Assembly: GCF_002571385.2 (NCBI RefSeq)
Contig: NW_019217793.1
Coordinates: 366,556 to 430,555 of the forward strand
Length of the DNA stretch: 64,000 nucleotides
From: Stylophora pistillata
Lineage: Eukaryota
Direction of reading: 5' to 3'
The notes below the pieces were generated by a model. It was not told the origin of the DNA. It did no database searches and saw only the letters and a program-made list of their open reading frames with translations. Positions 22,999-32,200 of this stretch are shown here, piece after piece. How positions within the stretch are numbered: the stretch's first letter is position 1; every line of letters begins with the position of its first letter. The position numbers were made by a program, and so were the translations under genes.

Positions 22999-23226
22999 AT
23001 GTCCGAGATGGAGCAGACGCGTTTGGACTTTTCGTCCACTGGTAGTTCACCTTCTGTTCGCCGTACTGTTACCTACAAGGCATCCGACCTGGCTATGTCC
23101 TCCAAAGCAGGTGATATCACGATGCAACACATCTCTGAGGCAAAGGGTTACCTCAATGAGTTTGAGCAAATGTACCGTAAACACCGCGCTGAAATTGATA
23201 GCCTCAAGCGGGAACATACAAGCGAG
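22999..23226 (+). CDS. Gene B first coding exon (76 aa)
   Basis: ATG, consensus GTGAGT donor, and homology to gene A exon 1. Confidence 0.82.
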
Positions 23227-26200
23227 GTGAGTTTACTGCTACTCATATGTGCACGGAAAAGACCCAGTTAGGTTTTTTATTTGTGGTATAATAGGATATT
23301 TTCAAACTCTTCAAAGAGCGTTTGTCGTTACTTGCGGGCAGTTCTCATCGTAAAATTTATTCCCTAGATATCTCGTCGGTAGACCGCACGGTAAACAGAT
23401 TTAATCTTCCTGAATGTAGCCTGTTAGTAGTCAAATGGACATATGCAGATATTGGCTGTAACTACAATAAGAATGCAAATTGACTTCACTTGTCACACCC
23501 AGTCTGCGGGATAAACTTTAGCCGCACAACCAAGCGTTTGTTAAACTAACTACGGTGATCAACACATCCTTCGGACATTTTTCCTTTAAAGTTGTCGATG
23601 TTGTTAATTGATATTTCTACGCTTTGCCCACAAGTCGGTCGAATCAATATCTTCATTTCACGGTGGCGTTTCAAATTTGTCGACGTGTTGCAATTAAAAT
23701 CTTGCGTAATAAATCACAGCGCCTCCTTACGTTATATAAGACACCAGCTATTTTCTTGAAGGTATTAATTTCGTCTGCAACTTTGCCACCTTTCTTCGAA
23801 CTTTTTCGTTTCTCGGCAACGAAGTTGACCGTTGGTCTTCAAATGTTGAGTTAAAATTGGGGTTTTAGGTATCGCTAAGGAATTCCGAGAGCAGTCGTAT
23901 TTGCTGGTTGCCTTCTGTTTGAAAAATCATTACAAATATTCCGCAGAGCGTACTGTACTCTCTGTTTGTACTTCTGCGTTATTTTGCATGATCAGGGAAT
24001 ATGGTTCTCCACTTAATTCGCTCTTATCCGTTACAGCGCCACGTCATTAAAAGCCACCGGGGAACCTTTGAAGACTCGTGATAGTAATTTAGTCTCCAGG
24101 AAAATGTTTGAAAAAAAAAAGTTAATACTTTTGTTGGAGAGATTGTTCTTATTCATAACCCCAAATGCTTTTGCATAAGTCACCCCTACTCTTCGTTTTT
24201 GGTAATTTTCCGACTAAATAAGACTGTGACTAGTTTTCATTTACACTTAAGGATTATAGTGTTTAGACATGTTTTATTACATGATACCTCACTCAAATTA
24301 ATATTTCTGGCAAAACCTGTCTCTGTCCTATTCTTGTACTGGCGCCCTCGGCGTCGCTACGTCGTGTAATCTGTTTATCAAAACAAAGGGTGAAAAAGCA
24401 GTCACAATCGCTATAAAACAGAGAAATACTGACGAGGAATGATCTAGAGATTTATTTTGTTAATAATTTACAAATATGTCAGAATGAAGAGTCGACTTTT
24501 AGGGAAGAGCGCGGCAATCTTTTTCCTTTTCTAGTCTTGCCATAAAGGGGTGAAAATATGATATTAATTATAGATAAATACAAAAGTTCAACGGATTAAC
24601 GTTGGGAAATTTAAAACATTTTTAAAGACACAAATAGAAACGGACCGCAGGCAACGTAAAGTGCAGTGAAATTTTCACAGCTATCGTTGTCACAAGCCAG
24701 CCGAAAGGTTGCGGTGGTAAAAAGCGTCGCAATGTTTGAATTATTGCAGAAGCTTACTCAAATCAAATACTAAACTTGAGAACGCATCAAACAAACGCTG
24801 AATTAAGTAATTACCGCACATGGTGTTGAAACTAGATATTAACATAACAGTCGGTCAGTTCCGCTCCATTTCATAAATTACTTAAACTAACAGAAACCAA
24901 ATCTCTCTAGGAGCTTTATTTCAATGAAAATTCCCATAATATCAAAACGTTTGGAGAATTTGCAACTTAAATATTTCTTTTTCTCTTGAGCAAACTTTTA
25001 AGCGCTCTCGTTTGTCCCCCTGCAAATTCTCTTGTCTCGCAAGCCTGGTTTTCTCGGTATATTTTAGGTATATCTTAAAAGCATAACATTCTTTCTTTCA
25101 CAATCAGTCTTTGATGCCATATCACCCAATTTTTGGGAAAGAATTTTTAGACGTCCAAACCCTACCTTAAACTTCAAGAGGACTACATTTTTTTCTTGTT
25201 TTAAAGTAAGCTCTGCTAGATCGAAACACTGAAGGGGCCTGTAGAAACCAACATATGGGGAAAATGTCAGAGGATGGGGAAGATTGTTGATAATTTGTAC
25301 TTTTAAGTGACCATGATTTATCATGTCACGTAGCCACAGCTTTCATTTCCGTATCTTGCCCTTTTGTAATTTTCAGGAAATTTTTAACACTTGCGCGCAA
25401 TACAGTTAAACAAATATCAGCTCTCTTGTTACTTTCACTTTCCTTTATTGGATTGTTTTCCTTGGAGCTGTCCAAACATTTTACTTAAAAAAAAAAGAGC
25501 GGGAGGTTAAGGGCGGCATTTTTTTTACGTTTGGCCTGTTGTTATCAATTTCCGAATCCATCAGGACATCCGACTAACTTTTCCCCGAAAAGCATAGGAA
25601 CTGACCTATTCAAAACCTTTTTTAAAATGGCGACTGACCATTTAAAAAAGCTACATGATGTTTATTTTGAACGGCATTGAAATAGGCTTCATTTTCTCAG
25701 TTATTAATCAAATTTTTATTTAGACAGCTGTTGTTTTAGCTGAAAATCTCAAGAGTACGGCTTTAAGTATGGTTAGATGAGGTAACCTGCACTTACATGA
25801 AGAAGGCAGTACACCTTTTGTCGCCTGACCCACCCTGTACCCTGAGGTCGCTCTCAGAATGATTTTTTTTCTCGACGGAGAGTCTTCTCTTTGACAGTCG
25901 TTATTTTGTTCTTGTTGCGTGACGCCTTCACTCCCCCACCTGCAACGGCTGCGAAGGAGAGAGGCTCAAATAGACGAAAAACGAGCGGAAAGTCTATGCT
26001 CTCTCTTCAAAGAAAAAAAAACTTTCATTTAATTCTCAGGATACTTCGATCACACCTATTATGATATTTCTGCTAGGAAAAATTTTATTTTTAATCGCGT
26101 GCAATCCTGAAATGACTGTGATATGTGTATCATCATCTGCCGTGTTCTGTAGTGTCATGGCAATAACTGAAACAATAATGCGCTAGTGCCTGTAAGCCCA

Positions 26201-29200
26201 AAATCACTAAAGGAAAGAACTCGAATGTATATCAAGAGCGAACGTTGAACTAATACGATACTCTGAAACAAACAATAAGTAGCACCAGGAAACATCGGAT
26301 CAAAATTGGGTCAAGATCCGAATTCTATTGTTACCATAACTCACTCACTCACTCATCTCGACGACATAAGTGGCTTCGCCTCCTATAGGTGGCAGTAGCC
26401 ACAAAAACAGATCCATTCATTAATGACCTGACTGGTTTCTAATTTCAGGGCCAAAACGAAAGGGAGTCTTTGTAACAGCAACCGAATTATCATCACCTAG
26501 TAGTTATGTTAGTGAAATAATGACATTGGTAGACTTGTGGCAGTAAAGACTCGCTCTTCCTTCCCAATTACTCTATTTACCCAGCAGACTCGAAACTCCA
26601 GCCCGACTGAAAGGAATAGGAAACTTTGTAGCATAAGTTTAGGCATATCGTTTGTGTCTCTTTAGCACTGTGAAGCTCTCATTGCTGCTCAAGAAAATTT
26701 AACGGTCGAACTTCCTTTCCGGAAGTATATAATGCTCCGTTGCAAAAATGATTTCGTTTCTGTCAAGAAAATTGTTTGCAGAGTAAAATGAGGTTGTTAT
26801 CAATTGCAATTAAAAAAAACAACAACATCAACAACAACACGAGTACACTGATGGCAGTCACTCACAAGATATCACGTTTGGGGTAGTAATACGATGTAGG
26901 ATATAAAACTGTTTAAGTTTTAGCTTTAAGCCAACTTTTTTCTCTCTTTTTCTTTGTGTTGAAGGTTCAAACGCTGAGGTTAGATATCGAAAACCTAAAG
27001 CGCCAGAAAAGGCAGTTAGAAGAACAGTTGGCAGAGAGCAAGAGTGATAGGAATAGGCTCAATGAAGAACTCGTAGGTGTCAGGAAACGGCTTTTGAGCA
27101 GAGAGACTGAGCTGGAGGCACTCAAACGCGAGCTGTCGTCCAAGAACAACAGCATTTTGTCCCTAAAGGCTGATAAGTTAGCTTTGCAGAGGGAACTGGA
27201 GACGCTGAAGTCAGAGATGGTCGTCAGCCAGTCCGTCACCACCGTTCAAGAATCGGCTCCTATGGAGGAAGAATTCTTCAAGACGCAGATTACGGAGTAC
27301 GAGGCCACCCTGAAGAGCTCCGCAGATGAGAAAGAAGGTCTGCAGGAAGAGATCTTGACCCTTCAGACAAAGCTTGCCAAGTTGCAAGGTGATTACGATA
27401 GAGCGATTCTCGACTTGGCAGCCACGAAGAAGGACTGTGACCTCAGGGTTAAAAAGTTTGAAGTTCAACTGCAAAATTCTCAGAAACAGCGAGATGATCT
27501 TAAAAGGCAGCTGGAAAAGTTACGTGACGATCTAAAGAAGAGCAGAGAGGCCTTGTCGAGTGCACAGACGGAGGCAGTGAACAACAAGAGGGTTGCCGAC
27601 AGACTTCGGGATGAGGCAGAGGGAAAAAACAGGCAAATCCGCAACCTGGAACAGAAGAATGCCTCTCTTGAAGACCAAATTGAGCAACTCAAGCAAGAGC
27701 TATCTCAGAGCGAGATGAGTGCCGAGGTTGAAGCAAAACGCGCAAAGGACCTCGAGAACGAACTTCGCTCATCGGAGAGGCGGGTTGCTGAGCAGGAGGC
27801 CTCCATTGAAAGCCTACGAAGCACCAACGAAGATCTCCAGCGCGAGCTTGCTATTAGTAACAGTAGGGTGTCGACGCTTGAGAGTCAAAATGGTAAGATG
27901 TCAACCCGAGTCAGGGAACTGGAGAATGAATTGGTCCGTTGCCGTGCTCGCATTCATGACCTGGAGAGCGAATTTGAAAGCGTCAACACCAAGTGTGTTC
28001 AGCTCCAGTCATCATACGATTCTTCCGTGAGTGAGGTTGACGGACTAAGATCCAGGGTAGGAGGTCACCAGAGCAAGGTGAATGAGTTGGAGTCCCGCCA
28101 CTCAGTAACTTCCAAAGAAAGAGACGACCTCAAGTTACGTATAGCTCCTTTGGAGAAGACGCTCGCTGAACTGAGATTGACTCTGGAAAGGAGTGAAAAT
28201 ACATGTGACGGACTTGAGCGAGAGATTGACATGTTGAAGGCTAAAAACTCAAACCTAGAAACACAGCTTGCCTCAGCCAACAAACTGAAGACTCAGCTAA
28301 GGGCAGATTTGGACGCAGAGAAGGACAAGAGCAATCAGCTTAGAAGAGAGATTACTGCTCTGCAAACCCAGCTGGGAGAAGCGCAACGTAACCTCGACAA
28401 GTTCAAAAATGACAATGTAAGGAAGCAAAAAGTCATTGATGACTTAAGGGACACAATCCGAGCACTTGAAGCAAAGATTCACGCGCAAGAAAATGACGTC
28501 AAGCAACTTGAAGTGCAAAAAGAGATGCTTGAAGATGAAAAGAGAGACATGCACGATGAGCTCTTGGATAATAATAGGAAACTTGCCGAGCGCGAGGAGA
28601 ATCTTAAGCAAGCCCAAGACATGTTAGATAACGTTGAAAGTGAACTCATCGACTCACAGAAGACTAACGAGAAATTGGAAAACGCCTTAGAGAACACCGA
28701 AAAAGAAAAGAGAGACTTTGAGAATCGAGTTCTCCAACTCCAGCAGAACCTGACACGCGTAGAAGCAGAACTTCGTGATGCCCTCAGTAAGAAAGCTGTC
28801 CTCGAAGAAGATGCTAAACAACACAGTGCCGTTGTTTCCAAACTTAATGACGAGGTAGATCGTCTTAAAGGGCTCCTTGCTGAAGCACAACGTCAAATTG
28901 ATGCTTACCGCAGAGAGAGTGACAACAAAGATGCTACCATCACGACCTTGAAATCTCAGATCAGTGATCTGGACAAAGAAAATGATGATTTAAGGGCGGA
29001 GCTTTCTAAAGTGAAAACGCAGCTTGCTGCAGTGCAAGAGGAGAAGAGGAAACTTCAGATTGAATACAATTCAAAGGACGAAGAAATCAACCGACTGACC
29101 GGAGAAATCGACATTACGGTCAAACGAAATGAAGAGTTACAGAGCGAATGTATCGTGGTGGCCGACAAAGTGCAAACTGTCGAGTCCAGTTACCAAGACT

Positions 29201-32200
29201 TTATGAGTTTGGCTGGCGAACAAGATGGTTTGCTTGAGGGAGAAAAAGAAAAGAACGCACAGCTGAAAAAGGAAAACGAATCCGTGAAGCTGAAGATTAC
29301 ATTGCTAGAGAAGAAGGATCGTTCGAAAGAAGTTGATCAACTGAGGGCGGACCTCGATGCTGCCAATGAAGAAATTGCTAAGTTGCAGGATCGTATTCAG
29401 CAACTAACAGGCGAGAAAGATGACCTATCCCGTGACATCCTCGTAGTCCAAAGTAACCTTTCGCAGAAGGAGAATGATCTCGAAGCAGCCGAGAAGGACA
29501 AAGAGAAAGCCGAAGATGATGTGCACATAGCTCAAGGAAAGATTGACAGCCTAGAAAGTCAACTGGCCGCGCTACGCAAGCAGAAAGGTCAACTGAAAGA
29601 CAACTTGAAGGACGCTAACAACAAGATCATCAAAGCTAAAGAGGAAAGTAATGACCTTCAAGCTAAAGTGAGCCAACAGGAGAAGATCATTGAGGGTTTG
29701 AAAAACGCAAACGCCAAGAAGGACAACATCATTCGCGAACTTAATGACAAAAAAATTAAGAAGTTGCAAAATGAATTGGCTGATGCTAAGAGAGAAGTGA
29801 CTGCCGCCAACCTAACTGCCGAGGGCCTTAGATCTGACAAGAAGGATCTAGAGCGCAAACTGGCTGATCAAATTAAGCGTTACGAGGCGTTAGTGAGTGA
29901 GATTAAAGATCTCAAGGCACAGAGAAATTCTATGGAAACCGACCTCAGTAATAAGACGCATAAGCTGGCTCTCATTGAATCTCAACTGAACAGCATTAAA
30001 AAGGAGCGAGATAACATGAAGGAGGAAGTCAAAGACCTTAAGGACCGTTTGAAGAACCGCAACGAGGAAAATCTGTCCTTGCAAACAGAGCTCCGTCACC
30101 TAGAAAAGGAGTTAGAATACAAGATCAAAGATAATCAAGACAAAGATGCTGTTATCGAGCGCCTGAAAGCAGCGAAAGCTGTAGTTGACGAAGACCTCCT
30201 TAACTTGAAGAAAGAACTGATGAAAACTCAAAACCTCCTTGATGTTGCTGAAAACAAGACCAAAGCTTTGGAAAACAGCCAGAGGCAAACCAACCTCAGC
30301 ATGAACAAGCTAGAGGTAACCATTCAAAACTTAAATAGGGAGCGAGAGGAAAGAGATCGGGTCGGTTCCAGCCACGACAGCCAATATATTGAAATTGATA
30401 CTCTGTACAAGGCCTCTCAAGACCGCGAGAATAGGACGAAGCGAGAACTCCAAGCTGTTAAAGCACGTTTGGAAAAGGTGGAGACAGACTATCACAAAAT
30501 CCAACAAGAAAGCGTAGATCGTCGGGCTAAACTTAACGCCTTAGAAAAGAAAGTCCGTGACTTACTAGCTGCGAACGACCGCAAGGACAAAGAGAAGCAG
30601 GCCATCCGGTCAGATCTGGAAGCTGCTTCCAACCAAGTGGCAGATCTTGAAGTAGCATATGACAATGAGGCCAAAGAGAAGGACTCATTCAAGAAGCAGC
30701 TAGATGACGCTCTAGAAAAGCTAGCAAAGGCGAGAAAGCAGAATCTCGAACTCGAACAGGCAATCGTTGAAAACAAGATACAGCTTGAAGAAGCTGAAAA
30801 AGAAATGATGGAGAAGGATAACGCTATCAAGAACTTAGGAAGTAGCAAAGAATTCTTGGAAGGTCAACTTGATGCTGCGAAGTCCGGTCTAGAGAAAGCT
30901 CAACAAGAAATCGATGACCTGAAATCTGAAGCTGCCTCTAAACAGAACGAAATCCTGGAATTGCACAACAAGATTAATGAGTTGGAGGCTCGGATAGTGA
31001 AACTTACAGGTGAGAGAGACAGAGCTCTCGATGATACCGCGATCAATGCCGACAAAATTGCCAATCTAGAACAGCAAATAAGAGAGTTGGTCAGCGAGAG
31101 GACAAAGCTTTCAGAAAGGATAGAAGATTTAAAGAAAGAGATTAATACCCTAAGGGAGGAGCGAATGGAGGTCGACAAGCAGCTCACTGACCTGCAGGGC
31201 AATATCAGCTTCTTAACAAGAGAGGTCGAGAACAGGGACAAAGTCATTGCTGACTTAAGGAATAAGGAAGAGCTCCAAGAAAAGGAGATTGACAATCTTA
31301 GGAAAAATCTGCGCCGCCTGGAAAGTGAAAATGAATCAGCCCTCCAGAAAATCAGTCAACTGGAGAAAGCATACGAGTCTTCTACTCAAAAAACGATAAT
31401 GATCGAGAGCAAGAGTGATAGCCACCGTGACAAGGCTAAGCGGCTCGATGAAGAAAATGTTTCCTTGAAGCGAAAAATCGCAGAATTGGAAATAACTTAC
31501 AACGTCAACGAAGAGAAATGCCAAGAACTGCAAGATAAACTCCTTCGAGCCCAAGAAACAATTGGAAATCTGGAGTCTGCACCACCTATGGAGTCTTCGA
31601 TAGTGGTGGAAACAGAAAGAAGCATACAAACAGCACCAGGAGACGGAATCGAGATTCAATTTCTGAAGGGGGATTTGGAGAATTTGAAAGATAAAAATGC
31701 CCAGCTAGAGAAAAAACTGCAACAGGCAACAGACTCGGAATCGAATCTAAAAGCGCAAATGGCTAAGCAAGACAAGACTTTGAAGGATAACGAGGATACG
31801 ATTTTGGACCTCGAAAGACGCATTCAGGAGCTTACCATTCGCCTTAAGAAAACTGATGAGACAGACGCTCCTGGGATTGTTTCTTCTTTACGCAATCAAA
31901 AAGACACCTTGGAACGCGATAATGAAAGAATGAAGAAGGAGCTTGAAGCTGTCAAAGCAAGTCAGGTGGATACCCAAAAACGTCGCGCCTACGTTGAGAA
32001 CCAGCTTCATCAAATTCAGAGGAAGTTAAACGAGGTTGAGTTTAAGTTCAATATGGCTAATACTCAAAATGAAAATCTCCACCAGGAGCTGTTAAGAGCA
32101 CAAGAGAAGAACCGCGCTATCGAAGCTGAACGAGATTCTGCATTGCAAGAGCAGGCCAACCTTCGCGGCGATTTACAGGAGACAAAGGAGCGTTTGAAAA